Shown: positions 13,105-25,778, counted from the stretch's first letter. The stretch: 44,840 bases of DNA from Batkoa obscura (GCA_030770535.1 JASVEC010000126.1:1-44840), one strand, 5' to 3'. A program made the numbers and translations. Notes: generated from the sequence alone by a model not told the origin.

Positions 13105-13463
13105 GTTGAAATTGAATTTTAAATTAAATAGATCAAGAACTTATTTTTTATTTTTATGAGGTGAAATAATTATGCTATTTTGCTAGATAAACTAGAGAAA
13201 AAGACATAGTTTACTATTATTTCATCTCTTCTATAAACTAATAAACTATTCATTTAAGAGTAAATATAGCCATAATTAAGCTTCAAAAGAATTACAATAA
13301 GCTTTTTAATTATAAAAACCATTGCTAAACTAGTCGCATTTTACTTAAATTAGGCATAAAATAGTAATTATTGCAGTCAAGCTGTACAAAATTAAGCAAT
13401 TGTAGTTAAAAATAATGCTAGTTTTTAGCTTTTTTAATTTAATTTATCTTAAAACCCAACATC

Positions 13464-15382
13464 ATGAATACTCCACCAAAAAGTAAGCCATCCATTTTTC
13501 GAACCAATGTATACTAATATTGGCTCATAGCTAAACTACGCAGTGGAATAGGTTTAAAGCGGCATCAAATGGATAATTTAGAGCAAAATGTAAGCTCTAT
13601 AATAACCCAATTGCGACATTTACAAAAAGTGAGTCCATCAGAGCTATCAATGTATCACAGTAAATAACCACTTTGATAAACCATTTAAAATAAAATACTA
13701 AAATATAAAATTAAGGATACTTGGCTTGGTGTGTCAAGATATTAAGTCAACTAAAGCAAGGCACAGTATCTGTATTCGAAGACTACGAACATATTGAATT
13801 ATTAATAGATAGTTATAAACATGACCTAATGTACATTAACAGAAACTCCAACCTCAACCACATTGTTGAGCCAATTAATTTATTAAAGCAACCAACTATT
13901 GGCTATGGCAATTTCCTACAAACTAGTACAACTATTTATTTAAAGTACATTGATTTATATCAAATGTGGTTCACCCCTGAGGAAGTTAACGCCTTATTAA
14001 CTAAAAATACTTCTGAAATGTCCTCTTATGTATTTTTAGCTTTATTGGCTTATTTTACAGCTTCAAATAATAGGGTTCTAGCACAGCAGATTTATAGAAT
14101 AAATATAAAGAAAGCAAAGAAGGGACTGAAAGAAGCATATGCAAAACCCTCCTTTAATAATGTGATTGGGTTACTATTTATGAGCTTTATTTCAGGATAT
14201 AAATCAGATTCCGTAATGGGATTACGTTATTTTAGTTCAGCCGTAAGGATGGCGCAGTTGTTAGGATATGATAAGATTACAGAAGAGGGGATTGAAGAAG
14301 ATAAGAGGATTTTGGAGTACAATAAGAGTATAGACGAGAGCTTTATGGAGGACATGGGAAAAAAAGAAAGGAAGATAAAGTTGTGGAACTCACTATCAAT
14401 GGTTTATTACCATTTTTTAACTTTGTTTCCAAACATGCCAAGTCTTAGTTTTAATTTTAAACCAGTAGAAATAAACTTGCCAAAAGCTGATGTAGATGGT
14501 TTACAACTAGGCAGAACTAGTGTGATAAATGGCTTGGAAATGAAGACGACTTTTTCAAATAGTAGGCTTGAAAAGATATATGGTGAAAAAGTAGTGACAG
14601 AGTCATTGATTGAAATTGTAGCACATGTTCAAAAGATTAAATTGAAGTATTTAAGATTGAACAAGTTAAATGAAGTATCTCATCAGGAACTACAGCTTCC
14701 AAAAGAGAAGTTTAATACTGTGTTGGCTAATTTAACCAGTCAATTAATATATAATCCGTCTTTATCTGATGCAGTGAAAAAAATACAACTAAAAGGACAA
14801 ATGCAAAATACAAGAACAATCCAGAAATTTTATGAATCCAACGTATTTAACTATCATTTAAATGCCTTTACTAACCTAATATTAATCTATCTATACTATC
14901 CTTCTGTTTTAGTCGTCCCAAAACCTAAACAGTTTTCTATCGATGAAGCTAGACTTTTGTTCAAATCTGCTCAATCAGTAACTGAATTCTATCTAACAAT
15001 GAAACAGAATAATATTCAACAAACTCATGGTTTGAATCGTGGAGCTTTTGCATGTGCTAGGTGTGCTTTAGCTACTAACGATGGGTTTCAGTTCAATTAT
15101 GAAGCTCCATATTATGCCTCTATTATGTATGTAATATATGTCTATTTATCATTTATTAGTGAAGAAGAATGGCTATTAAGTCAGGGGTTTGGGAAAGAAA
15201 TTGTCATTGAAGCTAAAGCGTATATGCTTAAATTGTTGAAATTGCTGAAGGGCGCCTGTAACTCTAGACTGAAAAACGAGAGGTTTGATTCAGTGGATAC
15301 TGTTAAATCTATTAAAGAGAATCTAGGGAACTATGAAATTGACAATGTATTGCTAATGACCATTAAGGATATCATTGGGTAA
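13464..15382 (+). CDS. MHR protein without Zn2Cys6 domain, paralog B, 3 exons
   Basis: Exons 13464-13482, 13531-13659, 13716-15382. Same intron positions and phases as paralog A and colinear protein similarity (RYFSSAVRMAQ, KLWNSLS, YLYYPSVLV). Confidence 0.75.
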
Positions 15383-15970
15383 GAGATAAATATGGACTAT
15401 GCATTTAATGGATTATTTATTTATTTATTGACAAAGTTTTTTATTTGTTTAATGTGCTTTTGAAGGCAGAGGTGTAAAGGAGATGATAACTATTTATTTA
15501 AAAAACCTCATTTCTAATAAAGTTTATTTTTTGATATTAATTAGCACAATTTCGATAACATTTTTTTTATCTTTTAAAAATCGTTATTCCTTTTGTTAAT
15601 GACTGGCATAGTTTTGAATTAAGTTAGCACCCTTTCTAAGATAAAGATTGGCACAAACTATACTAATTCTTAAACCCAGTGGTCATGATAAATGTTTAAA
15701 GGGATTGTAAAAATAGTTTTTTATTTTTATTGTGAAAAGATGGTTAATACGATGTAACTTAATGCTTTTAAATGTATCATCAATAACCAAAGTAAATATA
15801 TTTACACTAAAAACAATTTAATACTCAAATTAATTTAATTCTACTAATAAACAATCGACTGTTTTACATCAATTTCCCTATTAAGGAGCACTTTATACGT
15901 AATATTATAATATTTTATAATAAATAAAAAGTTTATCCAACTTATTCAAAACATAGCTCCTCTTTACTTT

Positions 15971-17470
15971 CTACGCAACAATGCCATTAATAGACAATAA
16001 CAATATCTCATTTACCACATAACTGTTTAAATTCTTTTTAATAAACTTGATAGTATTGACCGAATCCGACTTTTAAGTCACAACTAGCCATCAACAATTT
16101 CAATATATAAGCCTTTGCTTCGATTATCAACTTCTTACCAAATCCTCGGTTTAACAACCATTCTTCTCTATCAATAAATGACAAATAAACATATACTACA
16201 TACATAAGCAGAGTATAATAAAGTACACCATAACCCATCTGGAACCCATCGTTAATAGTTAAGTCACAACCAATGCATCCAAAAGTACCACCATTCTTAT
16301 CGTGACTTTGTTGGATATTATTTCGTTTTATTATTAAGAAAAATTCTGCTACTGGTTGAGCAGATTTGTATGAAACCATAGCTTTATTAATCGAAAACCT
16401 CTTAAGTTTTGAAATAACTAAGACGAAAGAATAATGTAGATATACTAACACTAAATTAGCAAAGGCGTTTAAGTGATGAATAAATACACTAGATTCATAA
16501 AATTGCTGGATTTTTTTTATATTTTGGATTTGATCTTTTAACTCTATTTCTTTCATTGTATCATATAAGGATGAGTTGTAGATCAACTGGCCCATTGTAT
16601 TAGTTAATATGGTATATAACTTTTCTTCTAGTAATTTTAATTCATGATATGGTATTTCATGTATTTTATCTAACCTTGAATAATTTAATTTAACCTCTTG
16701 AATGTGTGATACAACCTCTATAAACGATTCAGTCACTTTTTTTCACTATATATATTTTCAGAGCTCTTATTTAAAAAAAACATTTTCATCTCTATTCCAC
16801 CCACCATATGGATTTAATTCAGATCTAGACGATTCCGAATGCTCTTCGGTATACTGATTTTCACTGGTCCGAAATTTATATTAAGACTTTGCATATCTGG
16901 AAGCATTATAGAAAAAACGTAATATACTAAGGATGATAAGTTCCATAATTTTACAATTCTTTCCTTGTTTTTCTACATTTGTTTATCACACCCTATTTTC
17001 TCTTCATCGTTTTCTACCCTTTCTTTTACAATTTATTATATCCCAACACCTGCGCCATCCTTATAGTCAAACCAAAATAAAGTATAGCAGTAACTGAATC
17101 AGACTTGTACACTGAAATAAAGTTCAAAACCAACAAACCGATTACACTATGGAATGAAGGACTGGAATACGCTTTTATCAATCCTTGCTTTGCTTTTTTT
17201 AAGCTAGTTTTGTATATCTGGCGTGTCAACATCCTAGTGTATGTTTTCTAGATACTTTTGTTAGAATAGCTATTTACTATGATACACTGTCAAGTGAGAT
17301 GGATCGATTGTTTTTATATGCTGGGAATGAACGATTGTGGATTTTGTATCATTCTAAACTGTATACGCGGTAACGCTTTTTATCCACTTCACTACGTACC
17401 TTTTCTATTTAAAAAAAGCAATCATTTATCGGTTGGGGATATGCATAGTTTACTCTGGTGTTATATCTAT
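15971..17470 (-). pseudogene. Third MHR paralog, pseudogene
   Basis: Start position reads ATA (17470-17468). TGA in exon 2. Intron 2 runs into LTRQIYK, implying loss of the acceptor and roughly 120 codons. Further stop at 17026 and frameshifts. Fragments 17026-17232 and 16038-16736 align to paralogs A and B. Confidence 0.88.
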
Positions 17471-18206
17471 GATGAAATTGGATTTCTAAAAAAATGATTT
17501 AAATAATTTGGAAAATTTTGATTTATTTTTAAAGCTCCAATTTTAATTTTCTAATTTAGTAGTCACCTTTGTTTTAATAACTTTATCAAATCTTTGGCCA
17601 CATTTTGCTAGTTGATAGGTTAAAAAAGTTCCCAAGTACCGTTTTTTATTTCAATGTTTAATATTTGTTTCAACTTTGCTTCACAAAAAATGGACAAAGA
17701 AACAAATTGACACTTTACTTTTTTGAAATTTATATTAGAATTTTAATAAAAAGCTACATATTTTAATAATCTATAAATTTTTTAATATTTTTAAAATATA
17801 TATAGATGTTATTGTTATTCATTTTTTAAACAAATTAGAGAAAATAAACTTTGAAAAATGTTAATATAATTTGAAATAATATCTATTATAGCTTTTTTCT
17901 ATTAAAAAAGCCAAAAAAACATGCTATAGTTTAACTAAATTTTTCAATCAGTGTTTTAAAACTCAAAGTTGATCTAAAAGCTTCATCTTATTATAAGCTT
18001 ATTACTATATATATTTATATAATTGTTTTGTCTTTTGTAAGTATTATTAATACTAACTTTTATGATCAAATAATTTAAATAATTGATTTTTTTAGACTAA
18101 CCTATATAAAACTGAATTTAGCATGAATTTTGTTTTTATATAAGATAATACAAATCATAAAAATTAATTTTATGGTTTGTATTTAATTATTTAATTATTA
18201 TTATAT

Positions 18207-18306
18207 GGGGATGTATTTTTGTGTTTAAGAATTCTACTAATAATTTTTTCTATTCAAATAGTACTTAAAAGATAGAAAAAGTGATGAAGCCAGAAAAGAC
18301 ATCCCC
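18207..18306. mobile_element. ~97-bp MITE, copy 4
   Basis: Perfect GGGGATGT...ACATCCCC ends with ATAT/ATAT flanks. Confidence 0.9.
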
Positions 18307-18461
18307 ATATTTTATTTTTATATTTAAACTTATATGTATATTATGCTTATTTATTATATTTACTTTTATTATTCTATATAGCTTGCAATAAACATGAAAT
18401 ATTTATAATTCATATAATTTATCTTCTATTTTGACTATATGATTTAAAACTTATTGCTTAT

Positions 18462-19026
18462 TGTGAAATCTGGTACTCAGGGTTTGGGGTCAAGAACAGC
18501 TATTGCTGGGTTGACTACACTACAAGTCGAAAGGTCTTAGTTTATGTGACTAAGATAGACTTGAATTATGAGAAAGCACGTAGTAAGCTATGGACTATGT
18601 AAGACAAATAGAATAGACAATATCACCGTAAAATATACATAAAACACTATTAAGGAAACTTAGTGGCTTTATTAAATGTATGAGATATCAAGGAATAATT
18701 CATCTAAAAAGCCTCAAGTTACTATATGAGAGTGTTTTTTTTAACTTCATTATTTTTTCCATTTTTTAAGCGCTATTTGAGCGGAAAATTTGTTAGTAAA
18801 ATTCTTAAATACAAAAATATATCCCCATATTCTAAAATCTCTCTTATAGTCCGACAAGTACAAACATCAAAATGAGAAGATGATATTTTTTGAGACGAAG
18901 ATAGAAACTCTCGTAGCAAATTAAGATAAGAGCATGGGATTGATTTTCTCTGAACTCGAGAACACAACAGCTTAGGTGATTATTATGCTATAATTAACCA
19001 TGGGACTGACAAAGCGATATTTCACA
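18462..19026 (-). mobile_element. Solo-LTR-like element, copy 1, interrupted by a MITE
   Basis: TGTGAAAT...ATTTCACA termini. Colinear with 25782-26244 once 18728-18830 is removed. No matching 4-5-bp target duplication. Confidence 0.78.
18728..18826. mobile_element. ~97-bp MITE, copy 5, nested in the LTR
   Basis: Flanked by ATAT/ATAT. Sister LTR copies show the uninterrupted site with one tetramer (e.g. TTATGTTCTAAAATC near 44393). Confidence 0.9.
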
Positions 19027-19030
19027 TAGC

Positions 19031-19090
19031 TTATCCACTCAAGTAGTGCTTAAAAAAAGAAAAAAGTAATGAAACCAAAAAAACACCCCC
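19031..19090. mobile_element. ~97-bp MITE, copy 6 (truncated on the left)
   Basis: TCCACTCAAGTAGTGCTTAAAA...AAAAAAACACCCCC followed by ATAT. The left half is absent. Confidence 0.75.
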
Positions 19091-19311
19091 ATATGGATAA
19101 AAATAGAAAGCACTTAGCTTTACTGGCTCTAGTATCTTCATAATGGAAAGGGTGCTTTGAGACTGTAACTTTATATATGGCTACAAAGTTAAACTACAAT
19201 CTTTATAATCGGAACTTAACCCCTTAAGCACCAACACTATAATTTAAAAATATCAAGTTTACTGTCACTAAAAAAGTCAGTCTAAAGTTTAATCTGTTCA
19301 AACTAATAACT

Positions 19312-19407
19312 AGAGATGTATTTTTGTTAAGAATTTTACTAACAATTTTTCCGCTCAAATAGCGCTTAAAAGGTGGAAAAAATAATAAAATCAAAAAAAT
19401 CATCCTC
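19312..19407. mobile_element. ~97-bp MITE, copy 7
   Basis: Ends AGAGATG...CATCCTC, flanked by AACT/AACT. Confidence 0.85.
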
Positions 19408-20247
19408 AACTTATAAATTATGTTTCTTATATTTACTATAATAATGAATTTTTTTAAAAAACACTAAGTTAAAAGATATAAATAGTAATGAACTATCATT
19501 ATTCAATATAATATTTGTTAAGGAATCAAAAAGCCAAAAAATAATTTGAAATTATTACAGTATAATTTATTGATTTGTTTAATAGATTTGAAAGCAAGGT
19601 GCTAAACATAATGCAATATTACAGTCCAGATAATAGTAATTCTTTTCTTTTCTCTTCTTTTTTTCCCTTTACATCTACAAATTACATATTTTCTAGTAAG
19701 CTTAGCTTTAATAGTTAATGGTGTTATAGCAGGAAAATGGCACTTAATTATTCTGAAGAGCTTTACATATGTGATCTACTTTTAGGAATACTAATTAGCA
19801 TAATATAAATTTTAACCATTTTTTCGGTAAATTTTATAATAAAGCCCAACTTTTGTTTTTTACCTTTAAATGTTATACATATTAAATCAGCTATATGTTA
19901 TTATATCTAAAAAAAAATTTAAATTTTTTTTATAAAAATGCAAATTATTATCAGCTAAGTCAATACCTCTTGTATTTGTATTATAATGCAATAACAGCTG
20001 ATTTTTTTATAATTCAACTAAAATAACTTATTTAAAACTTAACAATAATAATAAAATAAAATTTAATAATTAATTCAGTTTGAGAATTTATAGAAGCTAG
20101 GTATTAATTAAAGGGATAATTTTTATAATATTTACACTTAATTACAATTTTTGCAATAAATTACTGAAAAATTAAACTTTGAATTTAAACTAAATTCTAA
20201 AAACAAAAAATTAATTTTTTAGCTTTTAAAAATTTAAAAGTAAAATT

Positions 20248-22263
20248 ATGAGTCAATCAAGTGCCAATAGCTTTCAATTTGTAAACACATTACCAAGGAT
20301 AGCCACAAGAGCCAGTATTTTACCAAGACCAGACTCTTTTAATTCTAGCACTCCAGTTCCAATTCAACCACTTGTATCGGAGGCCAGCAATAATGTACCA
20401 GAGCATTTATTTAAAAGAGAATTGACTGAGTTTTATCACGGGCCACTAGGTAAGTAACTAAAAGAAATATTTAAAAAGTAAACTTTTAATTAGAACATAA
20501 TTATATTACCATCTAGATTTTGATTGGATGCTAAATACGGATCGACTTTATTTAGCTTTAGAAAGTGGGTTACCTAATGAGATTTCGTGGGCTTTTGAAC
20601 TGCTTATTGAGTGGTCTTATTTTTGTCCGCCTAGTTATACATTAGGTAACAACATTCTGCTTTTTGAAAAGTTGGAAGAGGTAGTACAAGAACAACTCCA
20701 GAATTTTAACAATACTCTTAGCCAAAAGCGTGGAAATTTAGTCTCAGAGCATTTTTTAGTAATCATGTTAATTTTAAGGAACTTCAGCTTAATACCAGCC
20801 AACGCAAAGTTGATTTGCAACTCAAAGGTAATTTTAAAGACTATCAAACAGTTGATGAATTGCGAGGTTCCTTTAACCTCTTTTATGGACACTAAAGGGT
20901 ATCCAGAACTTACAAGTCATTGTTTTGATTTATTTGAAAACATATGCTCTTTTATGAGAATGGATAAGGATGTATTCTTAAGCCTATATCAGCTTTTAAA
21001 TAGTTATGATCGATCTAAAATAATTTTTTCACTGAGATGCATGTCGAGGATACTATTAGGTAAAGAATGCTCAAAAGCTTCCGATTTTTTACAATCTAAA
21101 GTTTATGTCCAAAGAGCTATTGAGTTGATTACTTTATCTTATGATGAGGAATTAGTTTGTCATACCGCTGAATTTTTTTCATTGTATGCTTATTTTGCCT
21201 TGGAAGACTTTTCAGCTTTTATCTTAAGTTTTCCAGGCAATTTATACCGTACCTTTCTAAATTTATTAAGGACTTATTTATCAGATAAAAGAGAAGACCC
21301 TTTATATTTTGATGCTTCTTCAGAAAGTGCTAAACTTAAAGAATCAAAACAGTTTCAAAATTGGTAAGCAAACCTATAGTCACTTAATTAATAACTAATA
21401 AAGAGTTTAGGTTAAGTTTGAAATACCAAGCAAATTCAAAGATGATGATTCCAATCTCCGAAGTATATGGAGAATTTTGTAAATTAATTAACATTAATGT
21501 CATGTCCTTTATGTTACACCATAGTAATAAATTAACTAAAATAGTACTATCCACCTTTCCAACAGCAAAAATAGTTAACAAGAAAAAGAATGATAAATGG
21601 TATTTATATTATGAAGGCATTTGCCCAAAAAAGATGCCACCACCAACAACACATTCAAATCCCATCAATACTTCAACTAACTCTTACCACAATGTTCTCG
21701 CTAGTACCACCTCAACTAAAGAATTAAAATCGACAATTAATCGAAGTAATATTCGACATTATATATGTAAATGGGATGGTTGTACACGCATGGTATTAAC
21801 CAAAGCAGATGAACTTTCTCATTTTAGAGCAGTACACGCACCCCATGGACTCAAAAGATATTATTGTAAATGGGATAATTGTCAACAATATCCCAATGGT
21901 ATTGATAACCGCACTTATTTTATTGAACATTTTAAAGTTCATTTGATTGATTTTACAGCTAGCTATGATTTGCCAGAAGAATATTTGGCAAGTTATTTAA
22001 TGCTAAATAGTAAAAATATTGAACCAGAGCAGGAGACAGAGAATGACCTTGGTAATAAAGTTGTAAATAACCATGAGATTGATGATGAGGCTAGTATTCA
22101 ACAAATTATACCTCAGTTATTGGTAGGCACCTTGAAAAGATTGGCTTCAACAACTGAGTTACATAGCCTTATCTCTTCGTGTCGAGAAGATATTATGCAA
22201 CTTGCTATCGAGAATCATCAATATTCAAATGATTTATTTTCACTTTTAAATTCATTGATTTAA
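20248..22263 (+). CDS. RSC9: Rsc9/ARID2-like chromatin-remodelling subunit (ARM-like region, RFX-like winged helix, two C2H2 fingers), 3 exons
   Basis: Exons 20248-20449, 20517-21363, 21411-22263. RLYLALESGLPNEISWA matches the Rsc9/ARID2 motif. WLSLKYQ...ISEVYGEFC...VLSTFPTAK...YYEGI is RFX-like. Two fingers: CKWDGC..HFRAVH and CKWDNC..HFKVH. Confidence 0.82.
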
Positions 22264-22965
22264 AATGTACTTTGATTAACGTAATGAGGGCAAACTTTTC
22301 AGATTTTATGTTGACTATTCAGAGTTATGATTTTGTTGAAGAGATTATATTTGTTTAATAGACAGTGATGTAAGAAATAAAGAAACAATATCGATAAATG
22401 AGTTAGCAGGACTGGTTCGTAGACTTTGAATTGATAATGATTTTGGTATTTTAATTTCATTTCCTTTTGAAGATGTTTATTGAAGGTAAGAGTCAAATAT
22501 TTAATAGTAAAAATTATTTGTAAAAAGATTAAGTGATCTTTATTAAGGTGGTTCAATAGCAATTATATTATTGACTGAAATTTTAACTGCACAATAACTT
22601 TAAGATTAGTATTTATTTTATATGTTAATATTTAAAAGTTATGATTAAAATCCAACTACTCATCCAATAAATGGTTTTTTTATCTTATTGCTATCATAAT
22701 ATAACTAGTAGTTTTATATTATTTTTAACAGATTAAATTTGTGACCCTTCTTATTAATGATAATTTAGCCTTTCTATCAATATTTTACAAAGATTTCAGT
22801 CTTCTTCAACTTGATTTACATATTTGAGACACAAAAATTATATATTTCTAGCCAATAATATTCTATACTTTTTAGTCAATATTAAATCAAAATTTATAAA
22901 GAACACAAACTATAAAGTATAGAAAAGGCGAACTGAAATCTTTTTATCATGCTTTTATTTCAAAA

Positions 22966-24470
22966 ATGACAATATAGTTTTTAAAACTTTTTGATCTATC
23001 TCTAGAGTCCATATTTGAACAGTTGGATCCATTTGAGCTATTTGATTTATGTTTTTTGAGTAAATATTTATATAACATAGTAATTTGAGTTATCTGTACT
23101 AATGCTAGTCATTCGATTTATAATCGGCATCAATATAAAAATGATCTAAACTATCAATAATATCTAGAATTTCAAAATAAATTTATTATGTAAAATGGTT
23201 TATTAATGAAACTTTTAAATATCTTTGACAATAATCTGGATTAGCTAATTTGTTGTCCAAATGGAATGTCTATTTATTAGAATGATGTGTCTACTAGTGA
23301 TGTCAATAGCGATAGTGATAATTATTATAGCGATGATAATGGAAGTAGCGGCAATAGTGACAACATTAATAACTACAACAACGATGGTAGAGATAATTAC
23401 AATAGTGATAGTAGTAATGGTTATGATACTAATGACAACTATAGCAGTGATGGTACTGAATGAGACGTCAAAGTAGAAGCAAAGCTTTAATTATCAAAGT
23501 CAAAGAAAATAACAATAAACCGTCCCAATACTATGAAATTATCAAAGGTATTATGTTCCCATTTAAGCCAGCTTGAAGTATTTGAAGTTAACAGGATCGA
23601 ACAGGGAGATATGTATATTTCAGAAGTAATTGAAGATTTAAATACAAACATATTAAATTCATCTAAGATATATTCGGATAATGAGTTACTTTTTGATGGA
23701 TTAATTTTAGTTAAAACGAAATTTAGCAATTTAAGAATGTTACATTTAAATCTAACAAGCACATCTATAAGTGTGGTAAGATTAATTCAAATGTGAGCTT
23801 TATTTCTAATTTGAACTTAAGTTCATAGGAAATTTGATGCTGATATTATTAAGTGCCTTGGTGGTTTAAAGCAGATAAAAAGTATTAAATTAATATGTTA
23901 TTTTGATTTTAGTTATTTCATTAATGATATCAATTCCGCCCATAGTTATAATAATATAAAGTTAATTGAGGATGATGATATTATAAGTTTGGGTAATTTG
24001 GAGTAAATAATTCAATTGACTATGATTACTTGAAACTATCAACTTTAAGAGCTGCATGCTGCAGAATTATCAAGAGAACTTTTGGAAGCAGTTTCTATAT
24101 TACCAAATATTCAAACAATTCGTTTCTATAATTTTATTTTTCTTCCTATACCAATATTCGATGGATATATTTATAATGGTGATCTTTGTAAAACAAAATA
24201 CACTTCAATTAGATGTAGTTTATTAAAAGTTAAAATCAATGTATTAGAAATTCCATTTAAAGATTTTCCTTGTTTTTTATTTCTTTTTCCAAATCTCAAT
24301 TATGGAAAGTTGATAGTTTTGCTTAATGAATGTTGGTATTGTTAATTATATCTTTACTACTCTTTTATCATTTATTACTCCAAGTATTAATAATACAAAT
24401 AAGTTTTAGTAATAAGCCACAAATTTCCTTTTTAACTTGAATAAAGTCAAAATAAGTCATACTTTATTAT
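22966..24470 (+). pseudogene. F-box / LRR-like gene pseudogene with an Asp/Ser/Asn-rich insert
   Basis: The frame from ATG 22966 reads LKLFDLSLESIFEQLDPFELFDLCFLSKYLYNIV (F-box-like) and continues in the same frame through ORF pieces 23533-23796 and 24082-24345, with more than 10 in-frame stops. The 3' end is approximate. Confidence 0.7.
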
Positions 24471-25159
24471 GGTTTTAATATTCCTTTTCCTTTCCTTTCC
24501 TTTATTTTTATAAATAAACGTTATCGTTATTCATTCAACATATAAGATAAAAGTCTCAATGCTTTAATTATTAAAATTTATTTTTTATAAAACAATATCA
24601 ATACTATACATTGAAGCTTTTTGTAGGTTAATTATCACGAAATTCTATTATGAATATCCTTAGTCTTTGCGCAATCTTTTTACAACTAAAATAAGCATGT
24701 AACTCCTATATAACTAAAGACAACTATGCAGCTTTAATTAGTCAAAACATTGCAAAAGGGTAAAGATATTTATACCAAAATCCCACTTTAATATCTATGG
24801 ATAATAGAAATCACTAATTATGAATACTATGATAATTGACAGGATAAGAAGTATTTGAATATTGATATTAGAACAATAGCAAACTATCAATCTTAATTCT
24901 TAGATTTTAATTGAGTTAAAACATAGAGATTAAAAGTAGGTAATAATTTAATTTCTAGATAATTCTATACTATTATTTCTAGTTTATGTATATTAGGATT
25001 TTAAACTTTCAGTTTTCAATTGACTAAGTAAATTTAAATGATAAAGGACTAAGATAATAAAGGAGGAAGCTTATACTATTTGTTCAGTCTTTTTTAACTA
25101 CACCAGCAATAAATTCCTTATTTATTGCTAGCATTTATGATTAATTTTTTATTTTTAGA

Positions 25160-25672
25160 TTGCAAATGGTACAATCACTTAGTTAATAATTTTTATTACA
25201 TATTGTAAGTTTCGTCTTGATTTTGTCTTAAAACAAATAAATTCATTAGTGAAGATAAATTTATAATCATTCTTAATTCATTTAGTTTGAAATGTTAAAT
25301 AATCTTAATATGCAAAGCGGAATCCAATTTGGATGATAATCCGGAAAAGTCAATAGGATTCGGTATAGTTATAACTTTTGATACGTCAATGGATTCAAAT
25401 TTCATATTTGATGAAAATATCTCTGACGAATTTAACAACATCCCTGATGAATTTAATCTAACAGTTGATTTAAATACCTTATTTAATTTAAGTGAGAGAC
25501 ATTTCACGTCAATACCCCAACAGGTCTTAATTTTTAAATAAAAATTTTAGATTAATAGTATCTAGAAATCAAATTAAGCCATGTATATTAGCAAGGCCTG
25601 TTTTCCCAGTTGGACCTAAACTTCTTCCAGGATATAGTCAAAAAGTAGGATCTAAATCACAAACATTACTTA
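25160..25672 (+). pseudogene. Unidentified gene-like remnant truncated at a repeat cluster
   Basis: Coding-like stretches (25329-25541; NQIKPCILARPVFPVGPKLLPGYSQK) and splice-like GTAAGT/TTAG sites, but no intact reading frame. Confidence 0.25.
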
Positions 25673-25676
25673 ATGT

Positions 25677-25774
25677 GGGGATGTTTTTTTGGCTTCGTTA
25701 CTTTTTCCATCTTTTAAGCGCTATTTGAGTGGGAAAGTTATTAGCAAAATTTTCAAACACAAAAATACATCCCC
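25677..25774. mobile_element. ~97-bp MITE, copy 8
   Basis: GGGGATGT...ACATCCCC with ATGT/ATAT flanks. Confidence 0.9.
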
Positions 25775-25778
25775 ATAT

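Noticed and set aside
18462..19026. Retrozyme or hammerhead/hairpin ribozyme in the LTR
   Set aside because: No CTGANGA plus GAAA core, and no hairpin-ribozyme loop A/B consensus recognised on either strand.
18454..19034. 8-bp target duplication TTGCTTAT/TAGCTTAT suggesting a hAT-like element
   Set aside because: Not reproduced at copy 2, the right flank overlaps a truncated MITE, and the inverted ends are only 8 bp.
18773..19409. Short ORFs in repeats (also 26190-26375, 26359-26544, 44251-44436)
   Set aside because: They overlap MITE/LTR sequence, are not kept between copies, and show no transposase or RT motifs.
23261..23476. Hydrophobic 71-aa ORF
   Set aside because: It is the shifted frame of the Asp/Ser/Asn-rich tract of the F-box-like pseudogene.
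22966..24345. Stop-codon reassignment or readthrough explaining the in-frame stops
   Set aside because: All three stop types occur, and intact genes in the window end normally at TAA, TAG and TGA.
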